Source of the DNA: Octopus vulgaris
Taxonomy: Eukaryota
Assembly (NCBI GenBank): GCA_951406725.2
Contig: OX597824.1
Coordinates: forward strand, 55,738,001-55,802,000
Length of the DNA stretch: 64,000 bases
Direction: 5' to 3'
Shown: positions 26,260-36,338 of the stretch, piece by piece
Position numbering within the stretch: the first letter of the stretch is position 1
Layout of the letters: every line of letters starts with the position of its first letter
Notes under the pieces: model-generated
The model's input: only the letters and a program-made list of their open reading frames with translations
Told to the model about the DNA's origin: nothing
The model's database searches: none
Program-made: the position numbers and the translations under genes

Positions 26260-27944
26260 TAAAGTTACAACATGGTCTGGTTTTCACACTTTTTATTATA
26301 TTTAAAAAAAGTTTTTCACAATGTTGAAGTGTGTTACACATTAAAAAAATATTTAGTAATGTTCATAAAGTTCAATTAGCGCTTTCATATGTTTGTAGTA
26401 ATCATCAGATTTCAAAATGTATTGACTGACAGTTGAGTTGAGTGCTTGACGATTGTAGTAAAATGACTGACATCTTCCTTTTATATCTTTTAGAAGGCTC
26501 TGACAAGCTTTTGCATGCAGCTTAAATGTCATGGTTTGCTGGGTGCACTGATATTACTGACATAGATACCATCTTTATCTTAACCAATTAGCTTGCAGTT
26601 TACATGTAATAGTTTTGATTTTTTTAATTTCAATTTGTGGAAGTCTTCTGTAGTTTGTTTATATTCATGTGTTAAAGATATTTTTTAATCAACATCATTA
26701 ACTGGTTGTTATATTATTGTTGTAATTTCCGTTCAGAACAGGTTTGAACATTTTACTGAAGCGTTTTGCATTTATCTTTCTTCCAACCTCACTTGTGTCA
26801 TGTAGTTTGTGGAAAGGAAAAATTTTCTAACCACATGTTTCTGTATGTTTTCTCAATGGAATTTGGCAAACATTAGTGTTCAGGATTTGTTGTCTGTGAA
26901 CTTATGAGCACTCTCATAATGCATTCCCTGTCTCACCAATGTAAAGTTCCTCGCAATTAGGGCATGTAGTTCAGTAGATCAAATTTCTGTTTTTGCAGTT
27001 CATATCTGCATTTGTGAAAATCTGTTCATTTTCTTTTTTGTTTGTTTTAATGGATCTACCAGTATGCATGTATTGACATGTTCCACATCTGTTATCATTA
27101 CACTTGGATACTGTAAATGTTTTATTTTGTTTGTTCATGTTGAAGTTTGCCTTTATTAATAGTTACTTTAGGTTATGTGCTTGCTTTTTGCTTAAGATAA
27201 GTGTTTAATTAGTTATTGTTTTTTAATTTTTCACTTTGTTTCATGATTGGCAAATTTGTTTTGATGTCAAAAATATTTTGGTGATGCATAATGCGTGTTA
27301 CTAGAAATGGTATTGTGTTCCGTTGATGGGTTTGTTTTTCTCATGTTCCCATAAGTTGTTATATAGGTATCTCTTTTGCTCATTGTATGCTATTTTCTAT
27401 AAGTAGGAGAGGGTATTTTCGCCTGAGCAGAAATCCTTTGAGTTCTTTAAGTTCTATGATCCTGGTATTTGGATCATCTACTATAGTGCAAGTTTTTCTG
27501 GCTAGACAGTATGGAATGTTGTGTTTTGTGTGTGTTGGGTGGCATCATATGAAATTTAGGTGTGTATCTCTGCTTTTGTAATAAATATCAGTTGTGATTG
27601 TGGTGTTGTTTTTAATTACCATTCAAAAAATTCAGCTTCTTGGAGCCTTCTAAAATGTATAAAAGGAAGAAGTCAGTCATTTGTCAAGCATTCAACTCAA
27701 CTGTCGGTCAATATATTTTGAAATTTGATGATTTCTACGAACATATGAAAGTCCTAATTGAATTTTATGAACATTACGTAGGAGTGGCTGCGTGGTAAGT
27801 AGCTTGCTTACGAACCACAGGGTTCCAGATTCAGTCTCACTGCATGGCACCTTGGGCAGGTGTCTTCTACTATAGCCTTGGGCCAACCAAACCTTGTGAG
27901 TGGATTTGGTAGACAGAAACTGAAAGAAGCCCGTCGTATATATG

Positions 27945-28027
<83 letters not shown>

Positions 28028-28345
28028 ATGTTTGTGTGTCAGTGTTTGTCACCCCAACATCGCTTGACAACTGATGCTGGTGTGTTTACGTACCCGTAAC
28101 TTAGTGGTTCAGCAAAAGAGACCGATAGAATAAGTACTTGGCTTACAAAGAATAAGTCCTGGGGTCGATTTGCTCGACTAAAGGCAGTGCTCCAGCATGG
28201 CTACAGTCACATGACTGAAACAAGTAAATGAGTAAAAGAGATTACTAAATACTTTTTTAATGTTTAACACTCTTCAGCATTGCAAAAAAAAAATTTTTAA
28301 TTCAATAACAAAAAGCGTGAAAACCAGACCATGTCGTAACTTTAT
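26260..28345 (-). mobile_element. decayed PLE (Neptune-like endonuclease) with inverted 5' pLTR copy
   Basis: Minus translates CHPTHTKHNIPY and NCKNRNLIY*TTCPNCEELYIGETG..VHRQQI..IFPFHKL..FKPVLN (about 26735-27570); 26260-26500 is inverted at 27642-28345 (split by a SINE); degenerate CTGATGA...GAAA-GCGC-TA near 26370-26410. Confidence 0.75.
27778..28240 (+). mobile_element. full-length SINE inserted in the PLE inverted pLTR
   Basis: Same family as 14-415; ATTAC repeated on both sides (possible TSD). Confidence 0.85.
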
Positions 28346-28949
28346 ACATGTGTGTGTGTGTGTGTATGTGTATGTATATATGTAATCAATATCTATAAAT
28401 CTGAAATGAGAAAGTTTGTTTGCTTGTCTGGTTTTGGTATTGGAACGGGTTAAAGGGCACTAGATCCCGTGGGTTTGACTCAAAAATTTACAGGGACATG
28501 TAAAATGAGGTGAGGATGTGAGTGGGTTAGGTTAGAAATCCCTATCTTAAAAGATGTGGTTACTAGGGCAAAAAATGCACACTTTGACAAGTCTTCTCTC
28601 ATTCTATTATCTGTCTGTCTTCCTCTGTCTCTCTCTGTTTCCTCCCTTCCCTTCACTTTCTCTCTATAACGACGTTTGACAGCTACTACAATCTTTCCCC
28701 CCACCACCTTCACCAGCGCTGTCACTCTTTCCCTCACCACATCCCCCCCTCTCTCTCTCTCTGTACGTCTGTCTGCATTCATAGAGAGTTTTCTTCTCGC
28801 CACCACCACCCACCACCAGTCGTGAGAACAAATATTATGAATCAGATATTTATTGGGTTAATTTTTATATATGTGTGTGTGTGTGTGTCTGTCTGTATCT
28901 ATATATAAATATGTATATATAATGTATATATACAAAGTGTATATATCTG

Positions 28950-29035
<86 letters not shown>

Positions 29036-29135
29036 GTATATATAATTTGTATACATTTGTATATATAATGCATGCACACACACACACACATATATATAAT
29101 GCGTATATATGTACATATATATATATATTTAATGC

Positions 29136-29174
<39 letters not shown>

Positions 29175-29179
29175 GTGTG

Positions 29180-29704
29180 CATTTTGTGGTCAGTTGAGCT
29201 GAAAATATGCACACCTATGTTAAAAGTGCTGGCGAGTTTGCATGGCAACTATTTTTTTCTTCAAATGTAAGGTGTAACCTCTAGGACAAAATTCCTCATC
29301 TTTTAAAATGTGACCCGATTACACCTGAATGAAATCGGCTTATATTAACCAAACAAGTAAAACAATGAAAATCTATGCCATTTTAATCCCAAGTAAGGTC
29401 GGGTATCTCTGTAGGTCTACTACATATTTGTGAAAAGGGCAGACGTTATCTCACAAGCAGTTATACAGGCAAAAGTGTTAGTAAATATGGTAGGATTCAG
29501 TTGAAAATTTGCTCACCTATGTTAAAAGTCATGGCGAGTTTGCATGGCAAGTTTGCTCAATTGAAAGGTGTGGCCTCTAGAGCAAAATTCATCATCTTTA
29601 AAGTGTGGCCTGCGTAGACCCAAATGAAATCGAGTTATAATACCGAAACAAATAAAACAATGATAAACTATTTTAATCCCAAGCAAGTCCGGGTTTCTCT
29701 GCTA
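29180..29704 (+). repeat. diverged tandem duplication of a Helitron-like 3' end
   Basis: 29185-29415 resembles 29495-29704; each ends CCCAAG..CGGGT..CTCTG. Confidence 0.5.
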
Positions 29705-30415
29705 TCTATATATATAAAAGATGCTTTGGGTCAAAATTGTGTGCATGTTTTGCTACGTCAGAGGTTGGCGGCCACATCAGTGGTCAGATCAAGCTGAAAA
29801 TTGACACAGGCATAGAAGGCCTGATGAGGCAGAGTTGAGTAGGTTAAAACTCACCATCTGGAAAGATGCGGTTGCTATGGTGAGAAGATTCAAGGGGGCT
29901 CTAAGCCCCTCCAGATTGGCATGATTGGCATCTAATCCTATCTATAAAATGAAGAAGGCGAACGTTGATACAAATTGGATTTTTATGTAAAAAGGGGTCT
30001 AAATGGGGCTGGAAGGGGAATCAAATTTACAGGAGGGGGTAACTTGAGGGGAAAAATTGATTGGGAGACGTTTTGTAGTGCCACACTGGTTGCTTTGGTC
30101 TGAAAACTGGGATTTTATTGATTTTGGGGGACACTTGGTGGTCTAGATCGGACACCTTTTGCCCGATTTCAATCAAATTTTCAACATGGTAAAGTGGAAG
30201 CGTTTTTGTAATTTAAATGCAGAAATCTAATTTTTTTATAAATGGCAGAGAGATAGATAAAGAGTAAGAGAAAGCGAGGGAAAGTCTGAAAGGAAGAGTA
30301 AGAGAGTGGGAAAATGAGAAAGGATAGAGAAACAAAGAGGGAGAATGTGACGATAAGAAACAGAAAGTCACAACCACAACCTCACCCGCGCGTAGAGCCG
30401 GTCACCTTAAGCTAG
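29705..30415 (+). mobile_element. non-autonomous Helitron-like element
   Basis: Starts TCTATATATATAAAA, ends with a GC-rich segment plus CTAG before (TA)n. Confidence 0.5.
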
Positions 30416-30502
30416 TATATATATATATTTATATATTTATATATGTATATGTGTGCATATATAAATACATATATATATATACATATACACACACACACAC
30501 AT

Positions 30503-30573
<71 letters not shown>

Positions 30574-30624
30574 GTGTAGGAAGAAATGGAGCTGAACGAA
30601 GATTTAACAAAGTTCCTTTTTATT

Positions 30625-30713
30625 ATTTTCTACATATGTTTCGAAGGCTGCAAAGTCCCTCCTAATTCGGATTGAATAAGGAGTCCATTTTGCAGCCTTC
30701 TCTTCAGGAAAAT
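30625..30713 (-). ncRNA. type I minimal hammerhead ribozyme with long stem II
   Basis: Minus: ATTTTC-CTGAAGA-GAAGGCTGCAAA...TTTGCAGCCTTC-GAAA-CATATG-TA-GAAAAT; 6-bp stem I and 12-bp perfect stem II. Confidence 0.85.
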
Positions 30714-30737
30714 CCAGGAACTTAATTCTCCAGCAAA

Positions 30738-32126
30738 ATGCACAACAAGCTTTTCGACAAACGCTCACGAGGAGCCCATGAAATGAATGACACAAACTGT
30801 CTATCTATATGTAGAAATAAATTTACGGTAACTGCAAATCTAGCGTACAAGCCTAATCATACAAATAAAAGCATAAACCAAAGCATAGGTAACTCGGATA
30901 AAATCAAATTAGATAAATCAAAGAAGCATACAAATAATAGTAATAAATACAATTACTCTGGTGAGATTAGTAATAATTCAACTAACCCTAATTCTAATTC
31001 AAGGAAATTTAATAAGAAAGATATAATCTGGCTGAATATTCCTTTCAACTGTGCGATTCTATCGGATATACAAAGCAAATTCAAAGTAATTCTAGAAAAA
31101 AATTTCCCAGCCTCTCATAGATATCATAGAATTATTTCTAAAAAAGTAGTTAGGATTTCTTATTCAACCCTCCCTAATATGTCCACTTTAATAGCTAAGA
31201 TTAATAATAATAACATTAAGCTAGCCAGGAAAGATAAAAGTAATACCAACATGAATACCAATAACAATTGTAATAATACTATCAAAAATAAAAGCAATAA
31301 ACGCAACAATAGTAACTATCAAAACATAGGTAGAATCAGTAACCACGGAATAACTAATAATAATATTAATATTAATAGGAGTAATAATGTTAATAATAGG
31401 AGTAAGGCTAATAGAGAAAATACAGGGAATGAAAACATCATTGATATCTATAACAACAATATAAATTCGGATACAAATACTAGCAATAATAATAACAATA
31501 CCAATAATGTAAGTAATCATGGTAGGACTTTAGATCTAAAGGATAGCGTAAAAGGATCGATAAATGATAACACTGCTTTAGATAACAGCATTAACTATAA
31601 TAATAATAATAATAACGATAAATATACTCATGATAATCAGAATAGCAAGAACATGAGACATCTATCCATAAATAATCCAACATCTGAAGATGACCCCCCT
31701 ACGTGTAATTGTAGAATTAGGTCAAAATGCCCGGCACCTGGTCTATGCGGGGCAAGTAACGTAATCTATAAATGTACCATAACTACTGAGAATAACAAAT
31801 TTTTTTATATTGGTTGTACTGTAAATTTTAAGAAAAGAATTAGCAATCATATCTCATCTTTTAAGTTACGTCATAAAGCTGGTACCACCACACTTTCAAG
31901 TAAGATCTGGGAACTCAAAAATAATAATATCAAATATAACCTTAATTGGGAAATAGTTAGAAGAGCAATGCCTTATAAAAATAACAGGGCTGGTTGCCAA
32001 CTCTGCTCCATGGAGACGTATGAAATTCTAATGCATAGAAAAAATAGGAATTTGTTAAATAACCATATAGAACTGGGTCAATTTTGTATTCACGCAAAAA
32101 TGAAGACTCTAAAATATTTTAAATAA
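30738..32126 (+). CDS. Penelope-like (Hydra-type) RT-thumb plus GIY-YIG endonuclease ORF lacking the RT core, 462 aa
   Basis: IIWLNIPF..KFKVILEKNFPASHRYHRIISKKVVRISYSTLPNM; ~150-aa Asn-rich linker; CNCRIRSKC; VIYKC..FYIGCT..FKKRISNH..CQLCSME..LLN..CIH; no YxDD motif; no stops. Confidence 0.8.
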   Translation: MHNKLFDKRSRGAHEMNDTNCLSICRNKFTVTANLAYKPNHTNKSINQSIGNSDKIKLDKSKKHTNNSNKYNYSGEISNNSTNPNSNSRKFNKKDIIWLNIPFNCAILSDIQSKFKVILEKNFPASHRYHRIISKKVVRISYSTLPNMSTLIAKINNNNIKLARKDKSNTNMNTNNNCNNTIKNKSNKRNNSNYQNIGRISNHGITNNNININRSNNVNNRSKANRENTGNENIIDIYNNNINSDTNTSNNNNNTNNVSNHGRTLDLKDSVKGSINDNTALDNSINYNNNNNNDKYTHDNQNSKNMRHLSINNPTSEDDPPTCNCRIRSKCPAPGLCGASNVIYKCTITTENNKFFYIGCTVNFKKRISNHISSFKLRHKAGTTTLSSKIWELKNNNIKYNLNWEIVRRAMPYKNNRAGCQLCSMETYEILMHRKNRNLLNNHIELGQFCIHAKMKTLKYFK

Positions 32127-32940
32127 ATAACCATATAGAATAATCGTAAGGAGATAGATCTATCTTGTTCTTACTAGTAAAGCAAAACTTTAATATATTT
32201 TTTTAAATAGATAACTGCACTTATTTCTCTTAATGTATTTCCCTCTAATGATAGCTTTTGACCCCTCTATCCCTTCCCCTGTTCTCTTTAAATTCTCATA
32301 TCTGCTTTAGCTCCGTCGGATTGGCAATTAGTAGCTGTATACTGGTCAAAAATAATGTTCTCCTTTATAATTCTTAGATTCCTTCAAATTCTAAGCCAGT
32401 CTGCCCGTCTCCACAGAGAGAGACTTTTCTGTGTAGGAGGATACCTGCGACCCCTTCCCTCTCAGTTATCCCAGTATACTCTATGTGGACGTTTTTTTTT
32501 CCTCCTCTTCTTTTTCTTTTTTTCTTTTCTTTTTTTCTTTTCTTTTTTTCTTTTCTTTTCTTTTCTTTGCTCCACAAAATTCCTTCAGCTTTTAGATATT
32601 CTAACATAGCAGTTTTGTGAAGGGAACAGTAGTGTGACAAGTATCTTATAATATAGCATGAAATTATACCCACCTCATTGTGGATTAATCATGGATAGAT
32701 TCATCGTCTGTGAGTATGAAATATCTCCTCATATCTCTGGAAATTTGCACCTACATTATGGATTGATTTATCTACTCTGTGAAGCTAATAAGCTTTTTTA
32801 AAACCTGTGATAAGACTGTGCATCATCATTAAAGAACTTTGGAAGTCCGCTTACAACCTGAATTTGCTTTTTATAAAATTATCTCCGATACTTCATGAGT
32901 GTAGCCTCACCCACTAAGATGTTTGGAGAACTCATATGTG

Positions 32941-33031
32941 TTTTAGCTGATGAGTACGGGACACTTGTATTTGCTGCAATATTTGCAGCTTTTAATAAAG
33001 CCTGTCTTTGTATGAAACAACTGTACTAAAA
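32941..33031 (+). ncRNA. type I minimal hammerhead ribozyme in the PLE 3' pLTR
   Basis: TTTTAG-CTGATGA-GTACGGGACA...TGTCTTTGTAT-GAAA-CAACTG-TA-CTAAAA; about 145 nt before (TA)n. Confidence 0.8.
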
Positions 33032-33172
33032 AACTAATCCATTCTTGTTGCTTTTTTCTCGTTTATAATCACCCCACATTATTGTATGGTTAATACCATA
33101 TAGTTTTCTGGTGCATCTAAGTTAAGTACCGCATTCAAGTGAATTCATTAGAACTGACTTGAATCTTAATTG

Positions 33173-33215
<43 letters not shown>

Positions 33216-33383
33216 CAAAAGGGACATTAGCCATTTGAATGTGGCTAGGGACAGGGCAGGGCGGTGGGGGTGTTACTGATGCATTTAGCCCCAGGCGATC
33301 ATCAACGTCACCAGATAGGCTGACACCATCACGGTGTCCTCTATCCTGCAAAGGGAGATCATTCCCCGAAGAAGCGGATGCCA

Positions 33384-33428
33384 CATGCGGACCCAGGTTT
33401 CGAGGTGTTTGCCTCTCGTCAACGTATG
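33384..33428 (-). ncRNA. type I hammerhead ribozyme (U3 variant), copy A
   Basis: Minus: CATACG-TTGACGA-GAGG caaaca CCTC-GAAA-CCTGG-GTC-CGCATG (one stem I mismatch). Confidence 0.75.
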
Positions 33429-33867
33429 GTAGGCACCGCCCCTCGACGAACGACTCTCTGTGCAGGACATTTATATATAGATTTTCACGTAAATACATTT
33501 ACTGATTTCGAAAATCTGTTCGACAGCAATAATAATTCTCTAAACGAGATATAGACAGTAACTGCTCCATAACAAAAGGGACATTAGCCATTTGAATGTG
33601 GCTAGGGACAGGACAGGGCGGTGGGGGTGTTACTGATGCATTTAGCCCCAGGCGATCATCAACGTCACCAGATAGGCTGACAGGATATTTATATATAGAT
33701 TTCCACGTAAATACATTTACTGATTTCGAAAATCTGTTCGACAGCAATAATAATTCTCTAAACGAGATATAGACAGTAACTGCTCCATAACAAAAGGGAC
33801 ATTAGCCATTTGAATGTGGCTAGAGACATCCTGCACAGAGAGTCGTTCGTCGAGGGGCGGTGCCTAC

Positions 33868-33912
33868 CATACGTTGACGAGAGGCAAACACCTCGAAACC
33901 TGGGTCCGTATG
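33868..33912 (+). ncRNA. type I hammerhead ribozyme (U3 variant), copy D
   Basis: CATACG-TTGACGA-GAGG caaaca CCTC-GAAA-CCTGG-GTC^CGTATG; predicted cut after 33906. Confidence 0.85.
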
Positions 33913-34224
33913 TGGCATCCGTTTCTTCGGGGAATGATCTCCCTTTGCAGGATAGAGGACACCGTGATGGTGTCAGCCTATCTGGTGACGTTGATGATCG
34001 CCTGGGGCTAAATGCATCAGTAACACCCCCACCGCCCTGCCCTGTCCCTAGCCACATTCAAATGGCTAATGTCCCTTTTGTTATGGAGCAGTTACTGTCT
34101 ATATCTCGTTTAGAGAATTATTATTGCTGTCGGACAGATTTTCGAAATCAGTAAATGTATTTACGTGAAAATCTATATATAAATATCCTGCACAGAGATT
34201 CGTTCGTCAAGGGGCGGTGCCTAC

Positions 34225-34269
34225 CATACGTTGACGAGAGGCAAACACCTCGAAACCTGGGTCCGTATG
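34225..34269 (+). ncRNA. type I hammerhead ribozyme (U3 variant), copy E
   Basis: Identical to copy D, 357 nt downstream; predicted cut after 34263. Confidence 0.85.
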
Positions 34270-35219
34270 TGGCATCCGCTTCTTCGGGGAATGATCTCCC
34301 TTTGCAGGATAGAGGACACCGTGATGGTGTCAGCCTATCTGGTGACGTTGATGATCGCCTGGGGCTAAATGCATCAGTAACACCCCACCGTCCTGTCCTG
34401 TCCCTAGCCACATTCAAATGGCTAATGTCCCTTTTGTTATGGAGCAGTTACTGTCTATATCTCGTTTAGAGAATTATTATTGCTATATATATATATATAT
34501 ATACATATACATACATACATACATATATATTATATGTTAGAAGAAATGAGGTACTCAGAAATTCAGATGGTTTTATATTTACAGATATTTATTTGTATAT
34601 TGCATGTTTTTATACATCATATAACTTACATCATGTATTAGTGCTTTCTCCCATTCTAGTGGGGTTTTCAAATTGAACTAAGTTCCTGTGTGAAAAGTTT
34701 TGACCATTTTATAGTGTTATTGAGTTTGTAGTGGTGGGGAGGAATATAAGACAGTACAAGAGGGTGATGGATGAGGAGAAAGTGAGAGAGAGAGTATATG
34801 TGTGTGTGTGATTTTGTATTTGGAAGGAAAAGAAGGGAAGAAAGAAAAAGAAGGGAAGGCACAGGGAAGAAGGGGAAAACATTTTTTGGCTCTGCTGGAC
34901 AGGATGCTTACTCCAAGGGGGTTCTAAGATCTTGGAGTAAAAGAATTTCAGTTTTGACCATTTCATAGTGTTATTGAGTGTATGGTGGCAGGGAGGTAGA
35001 CCATAAATCATATTTCCCTTTTATCATTGTGAGAGAGTGTGTGTGTGTGTGTTTAATGAGGGATGGTCAAATGGTTTTTGGGTTTAGAAAAGAAGAATTC
35101 TTTTTATTATTGTTTTGTGGATGTGTGTGTGGGTGTTTGTGAGTTTGGAGAAGGGAAGAAAGAAGAAGAGGAAGAAAAAACAAAATAAAAAGAAGAAATA
35201 ATTGTGTTGATATTTATAC

Positions 35220-35262
<43 letters not shown>

Positions 35263-35263
35263 C

Positions 35264-35890
35264 ACGAGAAAAGAAGCAACAAGAATGGATTAGTTTTTAG
35301 TACAATTGTTTCATACAAAGACAGGCTTTATTAAAAGTTGCAAATATTGCAGCTGATAAAAGTGTCCCGTACTCATCAGCTAAAATACATATGAGTTCTC
35401 TAAACATCTTAGTGGGTGAGGCTACACTCATGAAGTATTGGAGATAATTTCATTAAAAGCAGATTCAGGTTGTAAACAGACTTCCAAAGTTCTTTAATGA
35501 TGATGCACAGTCTTATCACAGGTTTTAAAAAAGCTTATTAGTTTCACAGAGAAGTTTAATCCATCCATAGTGTAGGTGTAAATTTCCAGTAGTTTCACAG
35601 AGAAGTTTAATCCATCCATAGTGTAGGTGTAAATTTCTATAGATATGAGGAGGTATTTAATACTCACAGACGATGAATTTATCCATGGTTATTCCACAAT
35701 GAGGTGGGTATAATTTCATGCTATATTATAAGGTATTTGCCACATTACTGTTCTCTTCACAAAACTGCTATGTTATGATTTCTAAAGGCTGAAGGAATTT
35801 TGTGGAGCAAAGAAAAGAAAAGGAAAAAGAAGAGTAGAAAAAAGAAAAGAAAGGAAAAGAAAAAAGAAAAAAGAAAAAAGAAAAAAAGAA
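35264..35890 (-). mobile_element. inverted, slightly diverged copy of the PLE 3' region 32500-33062
   Basis: Reverse complement of 32500-33062 with scattered substitutions and a ~50-bp internal tandem duplication near 35540-35640. Confidence 0.85.
35295..35385 (-). ncRNA. type I minimal hammerhead ribozyme
   Basis: Minus: TTTTAG-CTGATGA-GTACGGGACA...TGTCTTTGTAT-GAAA-CAATTG-TA-CTAAAA. Confidence 0.85.
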
Positions 35891-35921
35891 CAACTTGTTG
35901 CAAAAAACCCTTATTATTATA

Positions 35922-36062
35922 TTAGGTTGTCCCAAAAGTTTGTAAACACTTACGAAAATTGAATTTTTACTCGCCAAGTACTAACAAAAACAACAAAATT
36001 TATTCCTCAAAATAAAGACCATTATTTTCCAAGACTTTCTACGAACTTTTGGGACAACCTTA

Positions 36063-36064
<2 letters not shown>
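35922..36064. mobile_element. Tc1/Mariner MITE
   Basis: TIR AGGTTGTCCCAAAAGTTTGTA / TACGAACTTTTGGGACAACCT with TA flanks. Confidence 0.75.
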
Positions 36065-36094
<30 letters not shown>

Positions 36095-36297
36095 CTAAAT
36101 GCTCCACTATGTCAAATTGTAAATTGAAAGATTTGTCCTTCAATGTATGATGAGTAAAATTTCATAAAATCCATACTTGAAAAAGAGACTTTCTTGTGTT
36201 GAAGTTACAAATGACAGAATATAAACTGACAACTACTGAGTCTGTAGTCTTACAAAAGATAGAATACAAACTGACAACTACTGAGTCTGTTGTCTGA

Positions 36298-36335
<38 letters not shown>

Positions 36336-36338
<3 letters not shown>

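Larger units (their letters stand above)
33212..34484. mobile_element. candidate non-LTR retrozyme array: 357-bp HHR-bearing unit in tandem and inverted copies
   Basis: Unit starts at 33212, 33569 (139-bp deletion) and 33787 (partial); inverted copies start at 33828 and 34185; (TA)n on both flanks. Confidence 0.8.

Noticed and set aside
33166-34469. ORFs of 60-114 aa in the 357-bp array
   Set aside because: They are open on both strands because of high GC, have no recognisable domain and break differently in each copy; the RNA fold explains the sequence better
33212-34484. CRISPR-like array or prokaryotic insert
   Set aside because: Whole units repeat with no unique spacers, no cas genes, and the context is eukaryotic repeats
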